From Torpedo marmorata (Eukaryota): a stretch of DNA of 64,000 nucleotides. Location: assembly GCA_977017645.1 (NCBI GenBank), contig OZ360222.1, forward strand, positions 188,666,001 to 188,730,000. Reading direction: 5' to 3'. How positions within the stretch are numbered: the stretch's first letter is position 1; each line of letters begins with the position of its first letter. The position numbers and the translations under genes are program-made. This document shows, in pieces, positions 42,141 to 54,163 of this stretch. The notes below the pieces were generated by a model, which saw nothing but the letters and a program-made list of their open reading frames with translations, had not been told where the DNA came from and did not search any database.

Positions 42141-44668
42141 CTGTGTGATGGGGTCCAGTAACACTGGTGGGTCACCCCTGTGTGATGGGGTCTAGTAACA
42201 CTGGTGGGTCACCCCTGTGTGATGGGGTCTAGTAACACTGGTGGGTCACCCCTGTGTGATGGGGTCCAGTAACACTGGTGGTACACCCCTGTGTGATGGG
42301 GTCTAGTAACACTGGTGGGTCACCCCTGTGTGATGGGGTCCAGTAACACTGGTGGGTCACCCCTGTGTGATGGGGTCCAGTAACACTGGTGGTACACCCC
42401 TGTGTGATGGGGTCTAGTAACACTGGTGGGTCACCCCTGTGTGATGGGGTCTAGTAACACTGGTGGGTCACCCCTGTGTGATGGGGTCCAGTAACACTGG
42501 TGGGTCACCCCTGTGTGATGGGGTCCAGTAACACTGGTGGGTCACCCCTGTGTGATGGGGTCTAGTAACACTGGTGGGTCACCCCTGTGTGATGGGGTCT
42601 AGTAACACTGGTGGTACACCCCTGTGTGATGGGGTCTAGTAACACTGGTGGGTCACCCCTGTGTGATGGGGTCTAGTAACACTGGTGGGTCACCCCTGTG
42701 TGATGGGGTCCAGTAACACTGGTGGGTCACCCCTGTGTGATGGGGTCCAGTAACACTGGTGGGTCACCCCTGTGTGATGGGGTCCAGTAACACTGGTGGG
42801 TCACCCCTGTGTGATGGGGTCCAGTAACACTGGTGGGTCACCCCTGTGTGATGGGGTCCAGTAACACTGGTGGGTCACCCCTGTGTGATGGGGTCCAGTA
42901 ACACTGGTGGGTCACCCCTGTGTGATGGGGTCTAGTAACACTGGTGGGTCACCCCTGTGTGATGGGGTCCAGTAACACTGGTGGGTCACCCCTGTGTGAT
43001 GGGGTCTAGTAACACTGGTGGGTCACCCCTGTGTGATGGGGTCTAGTAACACTGGTGGGTCACCCCTGTGTGATGGGGTCCAGTAACACTGGTGGGTCAC
43101 CCCTGTGTGATGGGGTCTAGTAACACTGGTGGGTCACCCCTGTGTGATGGGGTCTAGTAACACTGGTGGGTCACCCCTGTGTGATGGGGTCTAGTAACAC
43201 TGGTGGGTCACCCCTGTGTGATGGGGTCCAGTAACACTGGTGGGTCACCCCTGTGTGATGGGGTCTAGTAACACTGGTGGGTCACCCCTGTGTGATGGGG
43301 TCCAGTAACACTGGTGGGTCACCCCTGTGTGATGGGGTCCAGTAACACTGGTGGGTCACCCCTGTGTGATGGGGTCCAGTAACACTGGTGGGTCACCCCT
43401 GTGTGATGGGGTCCAGTAACACTGGTGGGTCACCCCTGTGTGATGGGGTCCAGTAACACTGGTGGGTCACCCCTGTGTGATGGGGTCTAGTAACACTGGT
43501 GGGTCACCCCTGTGTGATGGGGTCTAGTAACACTGGTGGGTCACCCCTGTGTGATGGGGTCTAGTAACACTGGTGGGTCACCCCTGTGTGATGGGGTCCA
43601 GTAACACTGGTGGGTCACCCCTGTGTGATGGGGTCTAGTAACACTGGTGGGTCACCCCTGTGTGATGGGGTCCAGTAACACTGGTGGGTCACCCCTGTGT
43701 GATGGGGTCTAGTAACACTGGTGGGTCACCCCTGTGTGATGGGGTCCAGTAACACTGGTGGGTCACCCCTGTGTGATGGGGTCCAGTAACACTGGTGGGT
43801 CACCCCTGTGTGATGGGGTCCAGTAACACTGGTGGGTCACCCCTGTGTGATGGGGTCTAGTAACACTGGTGGGTCACCCCTGTGTGATGGGGTGGAGGGG
43901 GTGCAGTAACACTGGTGGGTCACCCCTGTGTGATGGGGTGGAGAGGATGCAGGACCACTGGTGGTACACCCCTGTGTGATGGGGTGGAGGGGGTGCAGGA
44001 CCACTGGTGGGTCACCCCTGTGTGATGGGGTGGAGGGGGTGCAGGACCACTGGTGGTACACCCCTGTGTGATGGGGTGGAGGGGGTGCAGGACCACTGGT
44101 GGGTCACCCCTGTGTGATGGGGTGGAGGGGGTGCAGGACCACTGGTGGGTCACACCTGTGTGATGGGGTGGAGGGGGTGCAGGACCACTGGTGGGTCACC
44201 CCTGTGTGATGGGGTGGAGGGGGTGCAGGACCACTGGTGGGTCACCCCTGTGTGATGGGGTGGAGGGGGTGCAGGACCACTGGTGGGTCACCCCTGTGTG
44301 ATGGGGTGGAGGGGGTGCAGGACCACTGGTGGGTCACCCCTGTGTGATGGGGTGGAGGGGGTGCAGTAACACTGGTGGGTCACACCTGTGTGATGGGGTG
44401 GAGGGGGTGCAGGACCACTGGTGGGTCACCCCTGTGTGATGGGGTGGAGGGGGTGCAGTAACACTGGTGGGTCACACCTGTGTGATGGGGTGGAGAGGAT
44501 GCAGGACCACTGGTGGTACACCCCTGTGTGATGGGGTGGAGGGGGTGCAGGACCACTGGTGGGTCACCCCTGTGTGATGGGGTGGAGGGGGTGCAGGACC
44601 ACTGGTGGGTCACCCCTGTGTGATGGGGTGGAGGGGGTGCAGGACCATTGGTGGTACACCCCTGTGTG
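42141..44668. repeat. Biphasic G-rich minisatellite: 47 x 37 bp then 17 x 46 bp
   Basis: ctgtgtgatggggt(c/t variants)...agtaacactggtgggtcaccc from 42141; ctgtgtgatggggtggagggggtgcaggaccactggtgggtcaccc from 43880. Confidence 0.96.
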
Positions 44669-45159
44669 AGGGCGTGTGGATGGGGGTTGATTGCTGGTGG
44701 TACACGCTCAATGCCACTTGGCTCCCATTAACACCACTTCAAAGGAACACAGTACCAAACCACTTTCCAGTTTAAACATCCATTACCAGAAGATGCTGGA
44801 ATGGGGAGCAGAAACACCAAACTGAGGAACTCAGCGGGCCAAGCAGCGTCTGTTGAGGGAAAGCAGTTGTCTCCAGGAACTAATCACCCAGAAATGGCCT
44901 GAGCAAAAAAATCTCTCAAGGGACATTCAGAAAAATTCATTCTTTTCATGGCTTGGGATGTTGTTGGTGACATGGTGGTGAAGCTGGTGGTGTCACTGCC
45001 CTCAGCTCCAAAGGCCCCTGTTCCAATCCTGACTGAGGAAGGCTCTTGATCTGAAGTATCGACAATTCTCTCCCTCTCCCCTCCCTGGTGCGACTTGACC
45101 CACTGAGTTCCTCGAGCAATTTATCTTTTACAATAATTGTTACATTGGTGGATTATATG

Positions 45160-45605
45160 TAGTTAAACACGAAAATCTGCAAATGCTGGTGTTGAATGCA
45201 ATACACAAAGCTGTTGGAGAAACTCAGCAGGTTATGCAGTATTGTAGGAAGTAGAGGCATTCAATGTTTGAGCGTCTCGTCTGGAATCTGGTAATACAGG
45301 TAGATGTTTAAATCAAAGGGTGGAGGGAGGAGCACTAGCAAGAATAGGTGGATACAGGTGGGAGGGTAGAAGAGAAAAAAGCTGAGGATAGCTCTCTGAT
45401 AGAAGGAAGGGGTGTTACCTCTTACCTGTTAGCCTGTACTCTTGCTGACCTCACCTCTTCCCCCCCCCCCCCAATCTTTTTATTCAGGCATCTACCTGTT
45501 TTTCCAGATTACTGACGAAGGGCTCAGGCCCGAAACATTGAATGCCTTTCACTTCCTAAGGATACTGCATGACCTGCTGAGTTTCTCCATCGCATTTGTG
45601 TATAC
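45160..45605. mobile_element. Miniature inverted Penelope-tail element with a hammerhead-like motif
   Basis: Inverted arms (ggagaaactcagcagg / cctgctgagtttctcc); CTGACGA-A-GGGC-tcag-GCCC-GAAAC at 45512-45536; 12-bp TSD gtggattatatg at 45148-45159 and 45606-45617. Confidence 0.85.
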
Positions 45606-45779
45606 GTGGATTATATGATGGGTTTGAAGAAATGTCTTCAGTTCATCTGACCTGGGCCTGTCAGGAGTTGGATTGCGGTAATTAAATACAAAGAGGGCAA
45701 CAGAACCTTACCAGAGTTCTGTGGACATACTGAGTTCCTTGTTTAAGGAAGGATTTTAACATGTTAGAAGCTACCGGCC

Positions 45780-46325
45780 ACTATTACGTCAACCTTCTTA
45801 GAAGCTCTATCAAGAGCATCCTGGCCGGCTGCATCACAGTGTGGTACAGTTGCTGCAGAGAAATGGATTGGAGGTCAATCCACAGGACCATAAGAGTGGC
45901 AGAGAGGATCACTGGAGCCTCCCTTCCCCCATCAACATGATCTAACAGGATCGTTGTCTGAAGAGGGCGCGCAAAATCATTGAGGACCCCTTCCACCCTG
46001 CACACAGCATCTTTCAGTTGCTCCCGTCGGGGAAGAGATACAGGAGTATCAGAGCCAGCACCACCAGGCTGAGGAACAGCTTCTTCCCACAGGCAGAGAA
46101 TGCTGAACACCAAAGGAACTGCTCACACTAACCACCCGAGACTCTCATATTCATGGAACAATATTTATTTATTTATTTATTTTTATAGATATAATACTTG
46201 TCCTGCATATGTGTTGTTTGTCTGTATGTGTGTTGTGTGTCTGCATGTTTTGCACCAAGGACCAGAGAACGCTGTTTCATTGGGTTGTACTTGTATAATC
46301 AGATGACAATAAACTAGACTTGACT
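45780..46325 (+). mobile_element. Rex1/Babar-like LINE 3' fragment
   Basis: Encodes SILAGCITVWY...DPFHPAHSIFQLLPSGKRYRS...RLRNSFFP; GACAATAAA tail. Confidence 0.82.
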
Positions 46326-46584
46326 AAATCTCAGTGCAGAGAATATTTTCCAGACTAATACAAGGAATGGGTGAAAAGTATTGCACGTCAAGGTTAGACA
46401 GGTTAGGCTTATATCAGATAGAGTTTGGAAGAGTGAGAAAAGACTTGGTTGAAAGAGATAAATTCTCAACTGGAAAAGCCAAGTAAAAACTGCAGATGCT
46501 GGACATCGAAAATAAAAACAGAAAATGCTGGAAATACTCAGCAGGTCAGGCAGCATCTGTGGGGAGAGAAACAGAGGTGACCTG

Positions 46585-47500
46585 TGTTACAAATTCAAAC
46601 CAGCAACGACAGAAGACGCAATGCAAAAGGGGTAAAATTTGAAATTTATATTTATTAAAGATAATTAAACACATAATTTCACAACAATTAACCCCACTAT
46701 AAACGTCTATAAACACTATCCTTATCTAAAGAGTGTGTGTGTGTGTGTAAAGCCCAGACCATTACAGTCTGTGCCCAACCCTTATGTAAAAATGAAAAAC
46801 CTTCCCCAAAACCCCCAGGTCAGTCATAAAAACAAGTCAGTCCCAAAAATACAGTCCACAAAAATTCACTCTCTATGTTCAGGTTCCAAATTCAGCTCTG
46901 TGTGCTGGCAAGAAGGACTTCTTAATGAACGTTGGAGAGAGACAATGACTGTTTATGCTTGGCTTGCTTCTTCTCTGATGACTTTCCCTTCTGGTATTTT
47001 CACAAGGATTGCGAATCCAAATCCGTTCTGGATTGAGGCGTGTACTTGGATCTCACAGCCGGTCTCGCTGATCTCACGCCTGTTCTTCACAAAAGCGGCC
47101 CTCAACTCAGGATTTTGCCATAATCACCAAGGCCTTGTTTTTGGTCCCAACCTTTTCCCCTGGGATGCACAAGCCTGGATTTTTTTCTGATTCAGAAGGC
47201 TCTGTGTTCTTCTGTCAACCTTTTCTCTGGGATGCACAAGCCTGGATCCTGCTGAGTTCTCCCGCCTTTGCAACTCCAAAACTGCCACTGATTCAGTTTT
47301 TCACTGCCTTTTCAAAAAGTCCAACCAACCAAGTATGTATCTTTTCACAGTCTGTCTCCCCCTGGTGTCTCTCTCTGGTAAGTACAAGAAATCCTGGGCA
47401 AGTTAACTCTTTCAGTACCTGGTCCCAGTGTGTACTCCAAAAGACTTCATCCTTCCTGCTGACCGTCCTCAGTCCAAATGGTCAGTCATGGTCCATAACA
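46585..47500 (-). mobile_element. Solo LTR, gypsy-like termini
   Basis: TGTTA...TAACA ends; flanks cctg/catg (3 of 4 match); inverted homologue of 51316-52222. Confidence 0.85.
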
Positions 47501-47759
47501 CATGCAAACTCCACACGACCAACACCAGAAGTCAGGATGGAACATGGGTCTCTGAGATTCACTGCAACAATCACTCAGCTGCCCAGGCTTGTCCTCTGAT
47601 TGTCTTGTCACAGTCAGGTAATGGTGAATGAGCAGCTTTTGTTTGATTGTCTGCATATTTTACACCCAGTGAATTTAAAGCTTGAGATATTAAAATGCAC
47701 CAGTAAATTTAAACAGTAATTTTTCAAAGTTTCATCTGGATTATAAATGGACTTGATTA

Positions 47760-48367
47760 CACTGGATAACAATTTTTTTTCCAAAAGTTTTGCTTCCTGA
47801 AAAAAAAAAAGGGGATTATGATGGACAACTTCAAGCTGAATGCAGACAATTTTAGATTTGCTGTATCACTTAGGAAGTTGAAGAAACATTAAATTAACTT
47901 TTATTGAATTTAGTATGTTTAATCACATAACGATGCTGACACATTGCATTAGTTCAACTGACCAAAAAATGTTTTGCTGCTGATTTTGTTTGTACTCAGC
48001 ATCTGATGCCTCTCGTGTCAGTGTCCAACAATAGTCGGCCGGCATTGATGGATTCCAGTTGCCCTGATACCGCTTTTCCATGGTTGCAATGTCCTGGTGA
48101 AACCTTTCACCATGTTCGTCACTGACTGCACCAAGATCAGCAGGGAAGAAGTCCAAGTGCAAATGTAGAAAATGAATTTTCAATGACATGTTGCACTTCA
48201 TGGTTTTGTACTTACAGACTTAAAATATGACAAGAAATCACAAAATAGGATAAATCTAAAAAATAGTATGTGATAGGAAAATTTGAAGGTGATTTTCGTG
48301 ATCAGCAGCCCAAAATCCGTAAAATACAACCAAAAGTGTTCAGAAAGCAAAATGTTCGTTGTCAGTG
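47760..48367 (-). mobile_element. Internally deleted DNA transposon, probably Chapaev3 (CMC) type
   Basis: CACTG...CAGTG ends with imperfect ~40-bp TIRs; ORF 47923..48201 MSLKIHFLHLHLDFFPADLGAVSDEHGERFHQDI...ADYCW resembles a transposase C-terminus. Confidence 0.7.
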
Positions 48368-48476
48368 TATTTGCACCTTGTTAATATTTTGTGTTCAATG
48401 TGTTTCAATTGAGTAATGAAGTGGGAACATAACGGCATGGATATAATTTCCAATCCCTGAATGAATCTTCTAGTTT

Positions 48477-48706
48477 CAATAGCCTGAATACGACTGGGAT
48501 TGTCTGATCTTGGAAGCTAAGCAGGCACAGGACTGGTCTGTACTTGGAGGGGAGACCGCCTAGGAACACCAAGTGCTGTAGGTTTCTGTGAGGGGCACTG
48601 GACAAAGTAGCGACTCTCTGTCTGCTTTACGGTGGACAAAAATTAAAGAATTTCATGTATGTTACATTCTAAATGTAGTGTTACGTGACAATAATGGAAC
48701 CTTTAC
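48477..48706 (+). mobile_element. 5S rRNA-derived SINE (SINE3-like)
   Basis: 48481-48585 aligns to 5S rRNA (tctgatcttggaagctaagcagg...gtacttggaggggagaccgcctaggaacacc..gtgctgtagg), followed by a LINE-type tail; TSD ctagttt at 48470-48476 and 48707-48713. Confidence 0.85.
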
Positions 48707-49279
48707 CTAGTTTGTTGAAATTGTTGTCCTTTGGCTTTGATTCAAGTTCAAGTTGTTGAACAGATGGAATTTTCCATTGGTATAATGCATACTTTCTTCT
48801 CTGTTCAATCACAGCCTCTGAGGATGGCTCCAGGTGTAGGTCCCTCTCTGGTCCAAGTTGAGGCTTCAGTGCAGTACTGAGGGGTCCTGCACTGTCGGAG
48901 GAACTGGAATTACGATTGAGATGTTAAACTGAGGTCTGTTTTGTTTTCACCTGGTGGACAAGCAGACTTCACAATCTCCTGAGGAACTTTATCCCTCAAT
49001 CGATTTCACAAAAAAATGATGAGAATGGTGTTTGTCGGAGAGTTCTATGCATAAATTGGGTAAAACCTTTTGTAATTAAAATAGGGACTTCAGCAGGGTC
49101 ATCAGTACTTTTGTGAAAGGTGCTATAGAAATGCAAGAAATATCAAAAGGTTGAACTTGGTGAAATAATGTTATGAATTGTAAGTCTTCCCTTTTAAAGC
49201 AGGTTTAGAGAGGAAGTGACATTTGCCACCGAAAACTGCCTGTCAATGGCCTTCTCTAACAAGAGAGCAAGTAATCAGC

Positions 49280-49770
49280 ACTCTGCAACAGGATCCTTGA
49301 CTTCCTCATCAGAATACCACAGTCAGTGCGGATCGGTAACACCAACTCTTCACTGACTATCAACACAGTGGCACCTCAAGGATGCGTGCTTAGCCCACTG
49401 CTCTACTCACTCTACACCCATGACTGTGGCTTGGCTCAATTCAAATGCCATATACAAGTTTGCCGATGACACCACAGTTGTCGGCAGAATCACAATCGAC
49501 AATGAGGAAGCGTACAGGAGGGAGATGGATCAGCTCGTTGAATGGTGTAACAACAACAACCTTGCGCTCAACGTTAGCAAAACTAAGGTACTCATTGGGG
49601 AAATCAGGAGAAGACGAACCAGTCCTCATTCGAGGGGTCAGCAGTAGAAAGGGTTAAGAACTTCAAATTCCTAAGTGTCAACATCTCTGAAGATCTTTCC
49701 TGGGGCCTGCATGTCGCTGCAATCACATAGAAGGCTCGACAGCGGCTATACTTTGTTAGGAGTTTGAACA
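49280..49770 (+). mobile_element. Rex1/Babar-like RT fragment
   Basis: [39 protein letters not shown]. Confidence 0.85.
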
Positions 49771-51315
49771 TGAACATTCATATTTCAAAAAATTAAAAAA
49801 AGATTCTTAGAGCACAGTAGTTTGTACATTAGGTCATTAGGTAACCTTAAGCATAAACTCGAAGATGTGAAAACTTTGTAAAAAGAACTTTAAAAAATAA
49901 TTATTATAAAATGAAAATTTTCGTGAGACCCTTGAACTTGATGTTCCTGTGCAAATTTTTTGATGTCAGGCTCCAAATTGGATAGTGATAGTCGAAGGTC
50001 ACCTCTTGTTGTGATATCAAGTCTGTTCCTGGATTTTGTCAAGGAAACTACCTTGCTGAATCCACATTCAACTAAGTATGTTGAGGGAAAAGCAATGAAA
50101 AATATTTCAGCCTTTTCCCACAGTTTTGGAAATCTATTTGGCAGATTACTCTTAACCCAAAAATCTTTTATAAATCGACTGAACTTGTAGCGTGCAATTA
50201 TATCATTCTGTCTAGAATTTCTGCGTCAACATCGGTGGGTTGTTTATTAAATGGATTTAATATTCAACACTGGATATTGAGGATGAACAGGTCATTAAAT
50301 CTTTCTTGCAGATCTGTGTGTATTTGCTTTAGGTGTTTCACGTAAACAGTTTCCATGCCCACCCTAAATACCTTGGGGCCTCTATTGTTAAGGATTTTAG
50401 TCTATCCCCCCCGTCCCCCCAAATGTGCTGTGGCCCCCAGGAGGGGCTGTAGGGTCCCTGTTGAGAATGGCTGATCTGGAGCCCTTCCACACGGTTGGAG
50501 CTTACTACAGTCAGTGGGGCTGCAATTTGCACCCACCAGTTACTCATCCAGGCTACTCTGACAAACCCTCTCAAACCTGTGACCTGTACCTCCAGAGAAG
50601 TCCAGGGTAGCAGGTGCAGGGGAACACCACCACGTGCAGATTCCCCTGCAAGTCACACACTGTCTAGCTGGTTTTCTTTCATTCATTTAAACATTGTCGC
50701 TGAGTCTAAATCCTAGAAAAGAGATGAGGAACTGCATCTCCCAGAAAGTAGGGAACCTGTAGAGTTCTCTGTCCAGTGAAGCAGCGGACGTATTTGCCTC
50801 ATTGAATGTATTTAAAACACAGATTGATTTTTGAATAGTCGGGAATTAAGTGTCTTGGGGAACGGACAGGTAAGTGGAGTTCAGGGCCAGATCAGGCATG
50901 GAATGGTGGAGCAGGCCCGATGGGCCAAATGGCCTAGGCCTATTTCTTATGTCTTCCACTTTCCCCAGAAGGTCTGTACAGTTGCTGAAGAACAGGTCAG
51001 CATCACTTTCTGAAGGGGAATATGTGGAATTAGTTGGTGCGTTTGCATTGATGTCTTTGTCCTGAAAAACAAGACTGGATAATACGTATTCAGAGTTTCT
51101 GGTCTCAGTGGGAATGGGGGAGAGGTTGGAGGGGTTGCAGAGAAAAAGGAGGGGGAGTTGGGACTGGGTGTGTTATGCTCAGTGAGTGAATGCTGATAAT
51201 AGATCCTTTTGATGTCTTCAACTTATTTCCCACGTTGTTTATGAGGAGTGAAACACGAAAGTTTGCAGACGATGAGATTGTACTTAAAAACACAGCGTCC
51301 ACAGGAGGTAAAGAT

Positions 51316-52222
51316 TGTTATGGACCATGACTGACCATTTGGACTGCGGACGGTCAGCAGGAAGGATGAAGTCTTTTGGAGTATACACTGGGGCCAGGTA
51401 CTGAAAGAGTTAACTTCCCCAGCTACTTGGTGTACCCAGACAAGATACATTGTTGCACTCTTGGTGTACCCAGACAGAGAGAGACCAGAGAGAGAGAGAC
51501 AGACTGTGGACAAGATACATTTGTTTCACTTTTGCAAAAAGCAGGTGCAGATTTCTGCAGGAAAAGCAGACAGTTGTAAGTTGCAAAGGCTACAGGACAC
51601 AGCCAAATCCAGGCTTGTGAAAGCCAGAGAAAATCACTGGCAGAAGAGCACATGGCCTCTTGTCTCAGAGAGAAATTCTGAGAAAAAGCAACTTCTGTGG
51701 AGAACAGGCGTGAGATCAGCGAGACTAGCTGTGAGATTCAAGCACACGCCTAAATCAGTGGTATACTGATCTGGAACTTGCAATCCTTATGAACATACAA
51801 GAAGGGGATATCATCAGAGAAGAAAACAAGTATTTGTAAGCATAAACAGTCATTGTCTCTCTCCAACGTTCATTCAGAAGTACTTCTACCAGACACAGAG
51901 CTGAATTGTAGCCTGAACTTAGAGAGTGAATCTTGTGGACAGTATTATTCTCTCTTTTTTGACTGACTTGTTTTTTATGACTGACCTGGGGTTTTTTTGG
52001 GAAAGTTTTTCCATTTTTACATAAGGGTTGGGCACAGACTGTAATAGTCTGGGCTTTACACACACACAGACACACCTTTTAGATAAGAATAGAGTTTATA
52101 GACGTTTATAGTGGGGTTAATTGTTGTGAAATTATATGTTTACTTGTGTTTAATAAATAATAATTTCAATTTTACCCCTTTTGCATTGCGTCTTCTGTCG
52201 TTGCTGGTTTGATTTTGTAACA
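51316..52222 (+). mobile_element. Solo LTR, gypsy-like termini
   Basis: TGTTA...TAACA ends; perfect 4-bp TSD AGAT at 51312-51315 and 52223-52226; AATAAA near the 3' end. Confidence 0.9.
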
Positions 52223-52366
52223 AGATATATTTATAAACATTAAAATAACTGACCTGGGGAATGGAATAACAGATAGCATGGAAGGGGCGGTCTGGATGCA
52301 GAATTTAAATCGTATGCACTTTCCTGCTGTTAATAACCTGCAAGTTCTTGCTCTTACTGCTGGTTG

Positions 52367-52542
52367 AGTAAAAACACAATGTTGCAGAAACTCAGCAGGT
52401 CAAACAGTGTCCTTTATACAGCAAAGATAAAGATACATAACCAACGTTCTTGGGCTTGAGCCCTTCATCATGATATTGTATCTTTGTTATATAAAGTTCT
52501 CTGTTTGACGTGCTCGAGTTTCTCCTGCATTGTATTTTTACT
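52367..52542. mobile_element. Miniature inverted Penelope-tail element
   Basis: agtaaaaa...tttttact ends, inverted arms, and a degenerate hammerhead-like motif on the minus strand at ~52443-52472. Confidence 0.8.
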
Positions 52543-52544
52543 GT

Positions 52545-54150
52545 AGTAAACACGAAAATCTGTAGACACCGTGGATGAAGTAAAAAACACAAAAGCTGGA
52601 GAATTCAGCAGGTCAAACAGTGTCTTTTATGTAGCAAAGGTAGAAATACATAACCGACGTTTCAGGCTTGAGCCCTTCTTCAAAGTATGAGAAAATGCCG
52701 GCAGACGTCCGAACAAAGGAGTGAGGGGGGAAGGGGGGTGGCAAAGGCAGGAGATGATAGGTGGAGAAAGGAGGGAGGGGACAGCAGCAGAGGGGGAGGA
52801 GGGATGGCTGGTTGGGTGGAAAAAACAGGAAGTACAGGTGAGGGGGAGGGGAAGGGAACAACAAGCTGGTTTAGTGGAAAGCAGAAAAGTCAATGTTAAT
52901 TCCATCTGGCTGGAGAGTGCCGAGACGGAAAATGAGATGTTGTTCCTCCAATTTGCGGGTAGTCTGGGTGGGATAGTACATGAGGCCATGGACAGACATG
53001 TGAGCGTGGGAGTGTGACCCAGAATTGAAATGGTTGGCTACTGGGAGGTCGCTGTTGTTGCGGACGGAGAGGAGGTGCTCAGCAAAGCGGTCTCCCAATC
53101 TACGACCGGTCTCTCCAATGTATAGAAAGCCACAAAGGGAGCACCGGATGCAGTAGATAAGTCCTCTGGATGTACAAGTGAAGTGTAGTTTCACTTGAAA
53201 GGCCTGTTTGGGGCCCTGGACCGTGGTGAGGGGGGAGGTGTGGGCGCAGGTGTTGCACCTCCTGCGGGCACAGGGGAAGGTTCCGGGGGTGCGATGGGTG
53301 GGGAGGGACGAGTGCACGAGTGAATCACGGAGGGAGCGGTCCCTACGGAAGGCCGAGAGGGGAGGAGAAGGAAAAATGTGTCTGGTGGTGGGATCCTGCA
53401 GCAAGTGCCGGAAATTCCGGCGGATAATGTGTTGGATGCGGAGGCTGGTGGGGTGGTAGGTGAGGATGAGGGGTATTCTATGTTTGTTGCGTCTGGGGGC
53501 AGAGGGGGCCAGGGCAGATGAGCGGGAAATGGAGGAGATGCGGGTGAGGGCTGAGTTGATGGTGGTGGAGGGGAAGCCACGTTTGTGGAAAAAGGCAGAC
53601 ATTTCAGAAGATCTGGAGTGGAACACCTCATCTTGGGAACAGATGCGGCGGAGGCGGAGAAATTGAGAGAAGGGGATGGAGTCCTTGCAGGGGACAGGGT
53701 GTGAGGATGTGTAGTCCAGATAGTTGTGGGAGTTGGAGGGTTTGTAGTAAATGTCGGTGGAAAGCTTGTCTCCCGAGATGGAGACAGAGAGATCCAGGAA
53801 GGGGAGAGTGTTATCGGAGATGGACCAGGTGAGTTTGAGATCGTGGTGAAAGTTGGATGCGAAGTGGATGAAGTTGACAAGCTCATCGTGGGTGCATGAG
53901 GCAGCCCCGATGTAGTCGTCGATATACCGGAGGAAGAGATGAGGGGTCTTGCCTGTGTAGGCTTGCAGCATGGATTGCTCCACAAAGCCCACAAACAGGC
54001 AGGCGTAGCTGGGACCCATGCGGGTACCCATGGCTACTCCTTTGATTTGGAGGAAGTGGGATGAGTTGAAGGAGAAGTTATTGAGAGTAAGGACAAGTTC
54101 TGCCAGGCGGAGGAGGGTGGTGGTAGAGGGTGACTGGTCGGGTCTTTGGT
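52545..54150 (-). mobile_element. 5'-truncated Penelope-like element, left arm (RT + GIY-YIG)
   Basis: ORF 52871..54241: KGVAMGT, RYIDD, CARRRCNTC linker, GLIYCIRC...LYIGETGRRLGDRFAEH. Confidence 0.95.
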
Positions 54151-54163
54151 TCTTCCTGGAAAT

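Noticed and set aside
42141-44668. CRISPR-like 37-bp periodicity and repetitive ORFs
   Set aside because: Units are contiguous with no unique spacers, there are no cas genes, and the context is vertebrate; the ORFs are by-products of the repeat.
48481-48585. Functional 5S rRNA gene
   Set aside because: The 5' end is missing, there are many substitutions, and it is fused to a retroposon tail with a TSD.
46585-52222. One giant TIR transposon bounded by the two ~910-bp inverted copies
   Set aside because: Each copy has its own LTR-type termini and TSD, and the interior is an unrelated repeat mosaic.
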